DNA of 64,000 nt from an uncultured Actinomycetota bacterium (lineage in GTDB: Bacteria > Actinomycetota > Thermoleophilia > RBG-16-64-13): NCBI GenBank assembly GCA_963843515.1, contig CAWJKH010000007.1, positions 324,017-388,016 of the forward strand. The letters run 5' to 3'. The notes beneath the pieces are model-generated. The model was not told the DNA's origin. It ran no database searches and saw nothing but the letters and a program-made list of their open reading frames with translations. Position 1 is the first letter of the stretch. The number at the start of each line of letters is the position of its first letter. The position numbers were made by a program, and so were the translations under genes. Below are positions 9,384 through 20,600 of this stretch, one piece after another.

Positions 9384-10169
9384 ATGGAGAAGGCAGTGAA
9401 CAAGCCGTCCGGCCCCTCCCCCAGCCGGAGCGACCGGCGCTTCCTTTTGATCGTCGGCGTCGTCCTTGTCGTCGTGTCGGCCGTCCTCTATGCACTCAAC
9501 TACCTGGTGTTCAGGGACGGCCGCAACCTCTTCTTCTACCTGTGGATCGACCTGGCCTTCCTGCCGATCGAGGTGCTGGTCGTGGGCGTCATCGTCGAGC
9601 GAATCATCTCCCGGCGCGAGAAGGGAGCCATCGCTCAGAAGCTCAACATGGTGATAGGAGCCTTCTTCGGCGAGCTGGGGACCCCTTTGCTGGCCCGGCT
9701 CCTGCCCGCCATGTGCGGAGGCACCGAGATCCGGGAGCGTCTGCATCTGAAGGCTTCCTGGAAAAAGGACGATTTCTCCCGGGCCTCCCAGTTCGCGCGG
9801 ACCCTCCAGTGTGAGGTCGACCTGAGCCAAGTGGATCTCGACGATCTGAGGGTGTACATGCTCGAGAAGCGTGACTTCATCCTGCGCCTATTGGAAAACC
9901 CCAATCTCATCGAGCACGATCGCTTCACCGACCTGCTGTGGGCTGTGATGCACGTAGTGGACGAGCTCGAGGCCCGGGAAGTATTGATCGGCCTGGCGCC
10001 CGCCGACGAGGCCCACCTGGAGATCGACATCCGCCGGGCCTACACTGCCGTCATGGCCGAGTGGGTGCTGTACGCGGAACACCTCAAGACGAACTACCCC
10101 TATCTCTTCTCGCTGGTGGTACGGATGCACCCGTTCCAGGAGGCTCCCACCGCCGCGGTGAGCTCCTAG
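9384..10169 (+). CDS. membrane-anchored protein of unknown function (2 N-terminal TM helices plus a helical domain)
   Basis: ORF 9252..10169. The Met at 9384 precedes hydrophobic FLLIVGVVLVVVSAVLYAL and LAFLPIEVLVVGVIV. No family recognised. Confidence 0.6.
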   Translation: MEKAVNKPSGPSPSRSDRRFLLIVGVVLVVVSAVLYALNYLVFRDGRNLFFYLWIDLAFLPIEVLVVGVIVERIISRREKGAIAQKLNMVIGAFFGELGTPLLARLLPAMCGGTEIRERLHLKASWKKDDFSRASQFARTLQCEVDLSQVDLDDLRVYMLEKRDFILRLLENPNLIEHDRFTDLLWAVMHVVDELEAREVLIGLAPADEAHLEIDIRRAYTAVMAEWVLYAEHLKTNYPYLFSLVVRMHPFQEAPTAAVSS

Positions 10170-10188
10170 GCTAGGAGGCTGCAGCCTG

Positions 10189-11376
10189 CTAGCGCGGGGC
10201 AGCGCGGTCCACGGACGGCGAGGCGAGGAGCTTCACCGTCGACTTGACCCGCTCCTGGTAGCTTTCGGTGATCTTGAGGCGCACGTCGGCGAGTAACTCC
10301 TGGTGGGCCTCCATCACGTAGCGCACCACCTGGGGTCGGGCCGTGGACATGAAGCGCATCAGCTCTGCCTGCATGCTCTCGCGCATGCGGCCGGTGGGGT
10401 TGACCAGGCGGTCGACCGCCCCGCCCAACGCCGCGCCCGCCACCGCCACCGCGGCGGGTACGGCCAGCCCACCCGCCGCGGCACTCCCCAGGAAGAGCCC
10501 GGCCATTCCCAGCGCCGCCGTCGTGCGCCGCCCCTGGCGAAGGGTGGCCTCGGTCTGAAACTGAGCGTCCCGGGGGATCTCGAAGGGCACGATGCTCAGC
10601 GCCTCCACCTTCTGTCGCACCTTGCGGCGCCCCCGTGCCGACCGCCAATGGACCAGGAAGGCCAGCCCGAAAGCGATCGCCAGCACCGCGATCGATATCC
10701 AGCGGCGTGGTTCCCCCCAGCCGATGACCACGGTCAGCGCACCAGCGATAGCTCCGAGGACCAGGAACACCTCCCAGAAGCGGCGGCGGCGTGCGAAGGA
10801 GAGCAGGTCCCTGCGGTACATGTCGTCGAACACCGCCTGCGTGCTCTCCGAATACCAGCTCTCGTAGCGCCGGAGGATCTCATCGCTCTGTGCGTTGCAT
10901 CTATCAAATAATGCACGAAGTATTGCATCCCACGAGGTGCGAAACACACCGCCGAACTGACGCAGTTCGGCGCGGGTGGCCTTCTGGATGTACCGGGTCA
11001 TGTGTGCCTCGAAGGCTGCGAGTTGCGCCAGGGTCTCCTGTTCCGCCCAGCGCTGGTGCTGCCTGAACTCAGCCACGATCTGATCGATCACGGCGCGGAG
11101 GTCATCGGGGATGGGGATGTCGTCGTCCTGCTCGGCGCGGGCAGCCGCGGCTCCCTGCGCCTCGCCCGCGGGCGCCCGCGCTCCGGCCGAGGTCGGAGCC
11201 TCCTTCAAGAAGCCCAGCAGGATCTCGTAGGCGGCGCGGACCTTTATGAACTCGGACGCGCTGCCGCCCCGGTCGGGATGGGCTCGGACCACCCGGCGCC
11301 GGTAGGCGGCCTTGACGTCGGCGGCGGTAGCCTCCTCCGACAGTCCCAGCGTCGCGTATGCCTCCGAAAGCGTCAT
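10189..11376 (-). CDS. J-domain (DnaJ-like) membrane protein
   Basis: The N-terminus LSEAYATLGLSEEATAADVKAAYRRRVVRAHPDRGG has the HPD motif. Central and C-terminal hydrophobic segments are present. Confidence 0.75.
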   Translation of the reverse strand: MTLSEAYATLGLSEEATAADVKAAYRRRVVRAHPDRGGSASEFIKVRAAYEILLGFLKEAPTSAGARAPAGEAQGAAAARAEQDDDIPIPDDLRAVIDQIVAEFRQHQRWAEQETLAQLAAFEAHMTRYIQKATRAELRQFGGVFRTSWDAILRALFDRCNAQSDEILRRYESWYSESTQAVFDDMYRRDLLSFARRRRFWEVFLVLGAIAGALTVVIGWGEPRRWISIAVLAIAFGLAFLVHWRSARGRRKVRQKVEALSIVPFEIPRDAQFQTEATLRQGRRTTAALGMAGLFLGSAAAGGLAVPAAVAVAGAALGGAVDRLVNPTGRMRESMQAELMRFMSTARPQVVRYVMEAHQELLADVRLKITESYQERVKSTVKLLASPSVDRAAPR

Positions 11377-11520
11377 CGGGTGTGCATTCTACCGGGAGCG
11401 GGCGCCGGACGGGCGAGCCGGGGCGGCCCCTGCCGCCGGCCGCCTCGCTGTTGGAACCCGGGCCGGCTGCTGATATTGTGGCCTGGAGCGTTAGGGGGAA
11501 GCGCGAGGCAGAGGAGCCCT

Positions 11521-13088
11521 ATGAGTCTGGTGGATTCGGTCCTACCACGCGGCACCAGAGCGTCCCGCCTCGCGCTGGCCACGCTCAGCGGCATCCTCTT
11601 CCTGACGTTCCTCGATACGACCATCATGAGCGTCGCGCTGTACGACCTGCAGCAGACGCTCCACACCACCGTGGCCGACCTCCAGTGGATCGTCAACGCC
11701 TACGCACTCATGTTCGCCAGTCTCATGCTGGCCTTCGGTAGCCTGGGCGACCGGCTGGGGCGGCGCAAGGTGATGCTGGCCGGCGTGGGGGTCTTCGTGG
11801 CCGGGTCTGTCCTCGGGGCGCTGGCGCCCAACACCGAGGTGCTCATCGCCTCCCGCGGCATCATGGGCATCGGGGCGGCCGCCTGCGAGCCCGGTACGCT
11901 CTCCATCCTGCGGCACGTGTATCCGGAACGGCGCGACCGGGCCCGGGCCCTGGGCATCTGGGCTGCCGTCGCCGGCCTCGCCCTGGCCATGGGACCGGTG
12001 ATAGGCGGCATCCTGGTGGGCTTGGGCGGTTGGCCGGCCATCTTCTGGTTCAACGTAGCCGCCGGGGTGATCGCCTTCGCGGCGGCCCTGCGGACGGTCC
12101 CGGAAAGCTCCGACCCCGAGGCCGGCCGCTTCGATTGGCCCGGCTTCATCCTGGGGCCCGTCGCTCTGGGCACCGTCGTCTTCGCCATCATCATCGGCGA
12201 GAATGCCGGGATACACCGCGCCCCACGTCCTGGCCCTCTTCGCGATCGGCATCGCCACCGGAGCCTTGTTCACGTTCTTCGAGTTGCGCAGCAAAGCTCC
12301 CATGCTCCAGGTGAGGTACCTGCGAAAGCCGGCGTTCTCGGGATCTCTGGCCGTCGCGTTCGCAACCTACTTCGGGGTGTTCTCCATCTTCTTCCTGACC
12401 GCGCTCTACCTCCAGGTGGTCCTGGGATACACCGCCTACCAGACGGCCGCGCTCTTCGTGCCCATGGCCGTGGGGATGATCGTGGCCTCTACCGTGGCCG
12501 GAAGATGGGTGGCCGATTCCGGCCCCCGCATCCCCGTGACCGTCGGCTGCTTCTGCGCCGGGGCGGGCGTGCTTTTCACCGACCTCTCCCTCAGCGGGAG
12601 CGTCACGTATCTGCCCATGGTGTTTTCGCTACTTCTGGCCGGGATCGGGTTCGGGATCGCGGTGGTGCCGATCACCTCGGTGGCGCTGTCGGCCCTGCCG
12701 GCCAGACACTCGGGTATGGCCGCCTCGGCGACGACCACCGCGCGGGAGGTGGGCACGGTGATAGGCGTGGCTGCGCTCGGCTCCCTGTTCAACAACAAGC
12801 TCATCGACTTCCTCACCACGCGTCTTATCCAGCTGGAGGTGCCGGAGGAGTGGCGCAAGTTCGTGATCGACGCGGTACTGACCGGTCAGTTCTCGGGCGA
12901 AGCAGGCCAAGCAGGCCGAGGCGCAGTTCGGGGACGTGGTGACCAAGGTGGTGGGCGCAGCCTATGCCGCCGTCCACAGCGGGGTGAGCTTCTCCCTGAT
13001 AGTCGCGGGAGGGGTCATTCTGGCCTCGGGGATCGTGGCCTACTTCACGTTCACGCCCAGACGTCTCGAGCTCGAACAGGCCGAGTAG
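11521..13088 (+). pseudogene. MFS transporter (14-TMS DHA2/EmrB-QacA-like), frame broken twice (sequencing indel or pseudogene)
   Basis: Three consecutive frames carry one continuous MFS sequence: MSLVDS...IIIGENAG, then YTAPHVLALF...VLTGQFSGE, then QAKQAEAQFGDVV...RRLELEQAE*. Breaks at ~12208-12211 (GGG run) and ~12897-12903. Confidence 0.8.
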
Positions 13089-13107
13089 GGATCGCGGGCG
13101 CCAGGGC

Positions 13108-14145
13108 TCACAGCGACGCCGGTAGCGCGAGCTTGAGAAGTCTGGCCACGTTGCCGCCCAGAATCTTCGCCTTGTCCTCGTCGCTGATTTCCATGGCGTC
13201 GATGGCGCCGATGGTCTGGGGGTAGCTCCTCAGGCCGAAGGAGGGGTCGCCCAGCGGCATGTCGGCGGCGAAGATGATGCGGTCCGCTCCCCAGAAGCTG
13301 TAGGCCAGCATCAGCGCCGACGTGTTCCCGTGGATGGCCGTGTCGTTGTAGAACATCTTGAAGTAGTCCAGGGGAGCCTTCTTCAGCCGGCTCGCAGATC
13401 TCGCCGTAGTCGTGGTAGGCGCTTTCGAAGCAGACCGTAGTGCTGTACATCCGCTGCTCGAAAAACGACACCATGCCGCCGCCGTGGTGGGTGACGATCT
13501 TCAGGTTGGGGAAGTGTTCGAACAGGCCGCTGAAGACGATGCGGGTCATGGCCGCGGTGGTCTCGTACGGCCAGCCGAAGGTGCTGGCGATGGCGTACTT
13601 CGACTCGTCCTCGGTCGCATACTCCGGCGAAATCGTTGCCCCGCCACGGGATGGATGTAGATGGGCAGATCGTAGGCGCCATCTTCTCGAAGAGGGGCAG
13701 AAACTCCGGCGCATCGAGGGGCTTGCCGTTGATGTTGCTGTGAACGTAGATGCCTTTGAATCCCAGCTCCTTGATGGCCCGGTCGGTCTCGTCGAGAGCC
13801 GCCTGCGACGTCGTTCATGGGAAGGAGGGCGATGGCGGCCACGAAGCGATCCGGGTACTTGGCGATCAGTTCCGCCATCTCGTCGTTGGCCAGGCGGGCC
13901 AGCGCCGCTGCTCGGGCGGGGTCGGCGAAGTGCTCCAGCGGCGGTACCGGACCCACGGTCAGCACCTGGGCGATGGGGGCGAAGGCGTCCATCACCTTGA
14001 AGCGCGTCTCCATGTCGAAGAGGGGTGGGGTGATCCCGAGGATCTGTTTGTAGAAGCCCGGGAACTCGCGGCGCAGGGCTTCGGTGTATCGGGCCGGCGA
14101 GATGTGGGCGTAGCCGTCGATCTTGAGCGTGGGTGTGGCGGTCAT
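13108..14145 (-). pseudogene. amidohydrolase-2 (ACMSD-like decarboxylase/hydratase) family gene, at least 4 frame breaks
   Basis: AGGAGG then ATG at 14145 (MTATPTLKIDGYAHISP). Segments QAALDETDRAIKELGFKGIYVHSNINGKPLD, YDLPIYIHP, ISPEYATEDESKYAIASTFGWPYETT...VTHHGGGM and LKKAPLDYFKMFYNDTAIHGNT...AADMPLGDP lie in alternating frames. Breaks near 13388, 13640, 13678 and 13806. Confidence 0.75.
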
Positions 14146-14400
14146 GTCGATCCTCCTGGATGACGGTGACGCGTGTATCCACACTCTAGCAGCCGGACAC
14201 CGCGCCACCCGTGCCGGACCGCTGGCCAACTGCAACCCAGGGCGGCTGGTACCCGTCGGTTGGCCGTCGCGCCGGCTGGGGAAGGTTTGGGCGCCCATCC
14301 CGCCGGGGATAAAGACACAGTCGGCGTGTTCCATTGTTGCCGGCTTGCTAGTCCTCCGCGGACCGGAGGGGAAGTCGTTCGAGACGAGAGAGGTGCGGCG

Positions 14401-16114
14401 ATGGCGCGTATGACACGGCGGCAGTTCCTGAGCACGGCGGCGGCGCTTGCCGTGGGAGCCGCGGTCACCAAGCCGGCTGAGGCGCTGGCCGCTCTCGCCC
14501 GCGGCACGACGACCACCACGACCACCGGCGGCATGGGCGGGGGCATGATGGGTGGCGGCATGATGGGTGGCGGCATGATGGGTGGGGGCATGGGCGGCGG
14601 CGGCATGGGCGGCGGCGGCATGATGGGTGGGGGCGTCGTCGATCCCCCGGTCGGCGCCGCCTACCGAGACCCGGTCACCCTGACCAACGCGAGCAAGACG
14701 CCCGGCGTGGTGGAGGTAGCGCTCGATGCGAGAATGGCCCCCATCAACGTGAACGGGACCACTGCCAATCTCATGACCTATAACGGGCTCTTTCCGGGAG
14801 GCACCATCCGGGCCCGCACGTCCGATTTGCTGCGGGTCAAGTTCAGCAACAGCCTCCCCAGTGACGGGGCCACGAACTTCCTGGGGCACCCCAAGTACAT
14901 GACCAACCTGCACACTCACGGTCTACACGTGACCCCGGGCGACAATCCCGACCCGGTGACCCCACCGATGATGCCCTTCACGCCGGGCAGCCACGGCGAC
15001 AACATGCTGGTGATGCTCGAGCCGGGCGAGAGCACGCTTTACGAGTACGACCTGTCCAAGCACTATCCGGGGACGCTCAACTTCTACCACCCGCACATCC
15101 ACGGGTCGGTCAGCGATCAGATGTGGGCCGGCATGTCCGGCTGCCTGGTGGTGGAGGACCAGGTCTCGGCACTCGAGCAGCTACGAGACCCACATCATGA
15201 TGCTCAAGGACATCACCCTCTCGGGCTCCGAACCCGGCCCCGCACACCTCGCAGATGGACTACATGCACGGGCTCGAGGGCGAGCACCGTGATGGTCAAC
15301 GGACAGGTCAACCCGCGGCTGCACCATAAAGCCCGGGCAGGTGCAGCGCTGGCGCATCGTCAATGCCTGCACCGCCCGGTTCTTCCGGCTGAGCCTCTCC
15401 GGCCACACCATGTACCTGGTGGGAACCGAGGCCGGCCTGCTCGACAAGCCCTACGCGATCACCGAGGTGCTGCTCTCCCCCGGGGAGCGCGTCGACCTGC
15501 TCATCAAGGCCGACAAGACCACGGCTTCCTACAAGTTCCTCAGCCTGCCCGTACAGCCGGATGGGGATGATGTCGAGCGCCGCAGGTCACCCTGCTCACG
15601 CTCACTTACAGCGGGAGTAGGGTCACGCAGTCTCTACCGACGACCGTCGAACCCGGACGCCAAGCGTCTGTCGATGGACACCAGCATGCTCGCCGAAAAA
15701 GAACCTCACCCTTTCCATGGGCATGGCCGCGGGCTACATCAACGGAGTCACCTTCGTGGACCATGAGAACTGCTACACCGCCATGTCCGACGTAGGGCAC
15801 GTACGAGGTGTGGGAGGTCACCAACCCAACGAACATGGACCATCCTTTCCACCACCACGTGAACGCGGCCCAGGTGCTTGTCGATTTCGGGCGGCGACGC
15901 CAAGTACGCCTCCCTCTACACCACGACCCCGGCGATGAAGGACGTGACCATCGTGCCCAAGGGCGGTGTCGTGCGCCTGCTCATGCCGGTGATGGATTAC
16001 GCGGGCATGTGCATGTTCCACTGCCACATCATCGAGCACGAGGACATCGGGATGATGGGTATGTGGCACCTCATGGCCGACGGCATGCCCATGCCGCCTA
16101 CTACTACCATGTAG
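14401..16114 (+). pseudogene. Tat-secreted three-domain multicopper oxidase with Met/Gly-rich N-terminal region, about 10 frame breaks
   Basis: Tat signal MARMTRRQFLSTAAALAVGAA. All four copper motifs are present (HTHGLH, YHPHIHG, HPFHHH, HCHIIEHEDIGMM) but spread over frames that step +1 about ten times between 15180 and 15880. Confidence 0.8.
14527..14634 (+). repeat. in-gene tandem GGCATGATGGGTGGC-type repeat encoding (M/G)n
   Basis: Encodes GGMGGGMMGGGMMGGGMMGGGMGGGGMGGGGMMGGG after a poly-Thr run. Met-rich segments are known in copper-handling MCOs. Confidence 0.8.
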
Positions 16115-16159
16115 TCAGCGCCGGGCGGTGGGTGGCGGCGGGATGCCGCCGCGGCGGAC

Positions 16160-16696
16160 CTACGCGGCGGTTCGCGGCGCCGCCGGCCTGCCGGGCTTGC
16201 CCTTCTTGGTTTTCGGCTGCCCCGTCCCGGAGGCCCCGCTGGCCGCCGCCGGGGCCTCCGGGCGCGCCGGCTCTATCCAGAAGGTCCCGATCCACGTCAC
16301 GATGAGTAGGGCCTCCGTTACCAGGCAGTACGTGCAGAAGGCCTTGAGCACCACCGCCTGGAGGAGAAACAGAGGAATGGCGGCGAGAGCTCCCAGATAG
16401 GCGAGCACCTTGTACGTGATCACCAGCCTCCGCTTTCTCGTCGCGGTGAGACCTATGCCCAGATAGAACATGAGAGCGAAATACACCGTGCCGAGAAGCG
16501 CAACTGGAACACCGAGGACCACCGAATACTGGCTCGTCTGCACCGCGCCGCAGCCCTGGACCAGGTAGCATCGGGGCACCACCCCTTGATAATGCACGAA
16601 CGTGAGATACAGCGAGGCGACGACCCCGATGAACGACGCGAGCACGAGCCCCCAAACGACGCCCCTGCGATAGCCCGCCCTGTTACCTGGCTTCAC
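16160..16696 (-). CDS. vitamin K epoxide reductase (VKOR) family membrane protein
   Basis: 178 aa, 4-5 TM helices, Cys pairs (CYLVQGC and CTYC) typical of bacterial VKOR. Confidence 0.8.
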   Translation of the reverse strand: MKPGNRAGYRRGVVWGLVLASFIGVVASLYLTFVHYQGVVPRCYLVQGCGAVQTSQYSVVLGVPVALLGTVYFALMFYLGIGLTATRKRRLVITYKVLAYLGALAAIPLFLLQAVVLKAFCTYCLVTEALLIVTWIGTFWIEPARPEAPAAASGASGTGQPKTKKGKPGRPAAPRTAA

Positions 16697-17327
16697 GTTT
16701 CTCCTCGAAGATCTTCTCGAAGTCCGCCGCGCTCCTCGGAATCACCACCTGGTCGTTCGCTATGAACCAGGGGGTGTGGCTGACGCCAGCGGCTTCACCC
16801 GCCTTCTTCTGCTCCTGGATGAAGGCGATCGCCGACGGGGCGTCGATATCCTGGTGGAACTTGTCCAGGTCGAGGCCCAAGTACTCCGCCATAGCGTCGA
16901 AATACGGACGGGGATCCGATGATTCGACCCACGCCTGCTGGTTCTCGAACAGCAGATCGTGCATCTCCCAGAACTTTCCCTGGAGGCCCGCGGCATATGC
17001 GGCCTGAGCCGACAGCATGCCGTACTCATGATTCGCGAGAGGGAAGAAGCGGAACACAAAACGCACCCGATCGCCGTACTGCGCTCGGAGTGGCTTGAGC
17101 ATGCTGGAATAGGCCGCGCAGTAGCCACACTGAAAGTCGGAGTACTCGATGAGCACCACGGGGGCCCCTACCGGCCCGAAGCTCAGATCGCCGGCGCTTG
17201 CCGGCGGTGCTTGGGAAACGCCGCCCGCTGCTTCGCCGGTGAAGAGGTACAGGGCCGCCACTGCAGCCAGCAGTGCGACGGTGCCCAGCACCCAGCGAGT
17301 GCCTCCCCAGGTGACCAGCCTTCTCAT
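16683..17327 (-). CDS. DsbA-family thiol:disulfide oxidoreductase (secreted/anchored)
   Basis: N-terminal anchor, thioredoxin-fold CGYC active site (YSDFQCGYCA). Overlaps the VKOR gene by 14 nt. Confidence 0.85.
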   Translation of the reverse strand: MRRLVTWGGTRWVLGTVALLAAVAALYLFTGEAAGGVSQAPPASAGDLSFGPVGAPVVLIEYSDFQCGYCAAYSSMLKPLRAQYGDRVRFVFRFFPLANHEYGMLSAQAAYAAGLQGKFWEMHDLLFENQQAWVESSDPRPYFDAMAEYLGLDLDKFHQDIDAPSAIAFIQEQKKAGEAAGVSHTPWFIANDQVVIPRSAADFEKIFEEKREAR

Positions 17328-17637
17328 GGGTTTCTCATACTCCCCGCATTCTTAGCATTTCCTATGTTTGCATTGTACCGGCATCGGGTAGAGGAAGTGC
17401 ACTCTCCGGCCAGAAACGGGGGAATCCTCGGGCCGGCATGTTGCTATTGTGGGTATCCACGACTGCAAGACCGATCGATTGAGGGGTTGCACAGCTTGTC
17501 CGATTGTCGAGGCCTGATCGGCCCGAGGGATGAGAAGGGAGGCGTGAGGCAGATATTCGGTCCGGCAGACCGCGCTGTTATTGTTGCTCCGACCCCGGCC
17601 GTTGTTGGTCGGGGAGGAAGTTGAGGGGGCTATCGCG

Positions 17638-20600
17638 ATGAGCAGAAGGATCATTAGGCGATCCAGCACAACCAAGCTCAGCATCGTTTTCTTTGTCGTC
17701 TTGGCGGCTGCTTTGACGGTTGTATCGTTAGGCTTGGGCGGCGACACCTTTGCCGCACCAACGAACCCACAGGATGCCACCAAGGTGCCGCATTACTTTG
17801 GGCCGTGGCCGAACTGGGCGCTCAGCCCATTGACTGTTGCCGACGCGAACGTAGTGATCACCGGCACCGGCGGCACCGGCGCCACAGCCAGGGCGACGGT
17901 GGGAGCTGACGGCAAGATCACCGCCATCGACGTACTCACCCCCGGTCACGACTACACCAGCGCGACGGTGAATATCACGGGCGCCGGCAGCGGCGCCAGC
18001 GCCACCGCCAATATCACCGCGTCCGGCGCAGTCATCGCAGTGACGGTGACCAACGCCGGGGCGAACTACACGACGCCCGCGGTGAGCTTCACCGGCGGCG
18101 GGGCCATCACTCAGGCGACGGCTACCGCCTACGGACATCTCAACGCGATCACGCTGACCGACGGCGGGTCTGGATACACCGCGCCTACGGTCGACTTCGA
18201 CATGCCCGACGATCCGAATGGCGTGCAGGCCACCGGCCACGCCGACATGGACGCCAACGGCACGATCACCGCCGTCGTGTTGGACAACCCGGGTTCGGGC
18301 TATTCCTCCGCGCCGAATGTCGTCGTTCGCAACGGCACCCTGAGCGATCCGGTCACGCCTCCGCAAGGCGCTCCGCCTGTAGAATTGGCTGCTGCTAAGG
18401 CCACGATCGCCATCGACTCGGTGGCTGTCGATACGGTCGGCGCGGGCTACACCTCCGCCCCGACGGTGAATATCAATGAGACCGCCGCCGGCGGCGCCGG
18501 CAGCGGCGCGACCGCTACCGCGACTGTGGACAACGGCGCCATCTCGTCGATCACTCGTTATCAATGGCGGCTCGGGCTATATCACGGCCGGCGGCATCGA
18601 GAAGTTCAAGGACGGCCTGCCCGGTCTGTGCGGCCCCGGCGGCTACGCGGGGCTTCCGGTATGTCCGGACCACGGGCAAGGCCATTCCTGTGGCAGTACC
18701 CGATCTCGGCGTCTATCCGAACCAGGCGGCGAACGACGCGATCACCCCCGCCGACACCTATGTAGTCGCATTGGTCCAGTACAAGATGCAGTTCTCCAGC
18801 GAGCTGCCCGCCACGACACTCGTTCGCGGCTACGTGCAGGTCGACACCGGCGGTATCACGGGAAGCCAGCACGTCGCGCTGGTCAACCAGTTCAACGGCA
18901 AGGCGGACCAGGCGATTCTTGACGCAAACGGTCAACAGGTCTACGGCGTCACCCGTCCGCAGTACCTCGGCCCGACGATCGTGGCCAATAAGGACAAGGC
19001 GGTAAGGATCGTCTTCCACAACTACCTGCCCAAAGGGGTGGACGGCGGCCTGTTCCTGCCCGTCGACTCCACCCTGATGGGTTCCGGCGCCTTCGGGATG
19101 GCCGAGTACGATCCCACCCCGGTCCCCGGTGGAACGGTGGTTGACCTAATCCGTAACCCCGTGTGCACCGACCAGGCGGGGTTGTCAAGCACATGCTTCT
19201 CCCAGAACCGCGCGACCCTCCACCTGCATGGCGGCAACACTCCGTGGATCAGCGACGGCACGCCGCACCAGTGGATCACCCCGCGCGCCCAGGGCGATGC
19301 CTGGCCGCAGGGCGTAAGCGTTGAGAACGTCCCCGACATGAACGTCTGCACCGCGAACGACGACGGTTGCCAGACCTTCTACTACACCAACCAGCAGAGC
19401 GCCCGCCTGATGTTCTACCACGACCACGCGTGGGGCATCACCCGGCTCAACGTCATGGCTGGTGAAGCGGCCGGCTATCTGATCACCGACCAGACCGAGC
19501 AGAAGCTCATGGCCGACCCCAACCCGGCGACCCTCGGGGAGGCCGGTTCGGGTGCGCTCGAGGGCCTGGGGCTCGGCATCCCGCTGATCATCCAGGACAA
19601 GACGTTCGTCCCCGAGGACAGCCAGCTGTACGACGTCAAGGACGGCGCCGGCAACATCGTCACCTACGGGCAAGACCCGACCTGGGACAAGGCTCGTTGG
19701 GGCGGTCTACGGTAGCCTCTGGTACCACCATGTCTATATGCCGGCTCAGAACCCCGGCGACCCGAGTGGCATGAGCGCCTTCGGTCGCTGGATGTATGGA
19801 CCGTGGTTCTGGCCTCCGGCCGGAGACGCCAAGTACGGCCCGATCGCCAACCCGTACTACGATCCCGCGTGCAACCTCGACGACCCGGCGACATGGAAAT
19901 ACGACACCGACCCGTACTGCGAGCCGCAGCTCATCCCGGGTACCCCGAACATCTCTGCCGGGATGGAGCAGTTCAACGACACGCCGCTCGTCAACGGTAC
20001 TGTCTACCCCACCGTCACTCTCGAGCCCAAGACCTACCGCCTGCGGATCCTCAACGCGGCCAACGACCGCTTCTGGAACCTGCAGTGGTATGTGGGTGAC
20101 CCGAGCACGGTAAGTGCCCGACTCAACAGCGCGGGCCAGGCCATCGGCGCCACCGAGGTAGCCCTCAAGGAAGCGGAAGTCGCCGCGGCTCAGACCGACC
20201 CGGTCGTGTTCCCGACCCCGGACATGGTCGGCGGCCCAGGCAGTGCGGACCCGACCGACCTGAGCTTCAGCGTGGCCGGACCGGACTGGATCCAGATCGG
20301 GACTGAGGGCGGCTTCCTGCCGGCGCCGACGACGATCGACGGCCAGCAGCCCATCACCTGGATCACCGACCCGACCCGGTTCGACGTAGGCAACGTGGAC
20401 CAGCACTCGCTGGCCCTCGCGCCCGCTGAGCGGGCCGACGTCGTGGTCGACTTCTCCAAGTTCGCCGGACAGACGCTCATCCTGTACAACGATGGTCCGG
20501 CAGCGTGGCCGGCCAGGATCCCGAGCTACGACTACTACACCGGCGCTCCGGACCTCAGCCCGGTCGGCGCCCCCGGCGTTCTGCCCGGGTACGGGCCCAA

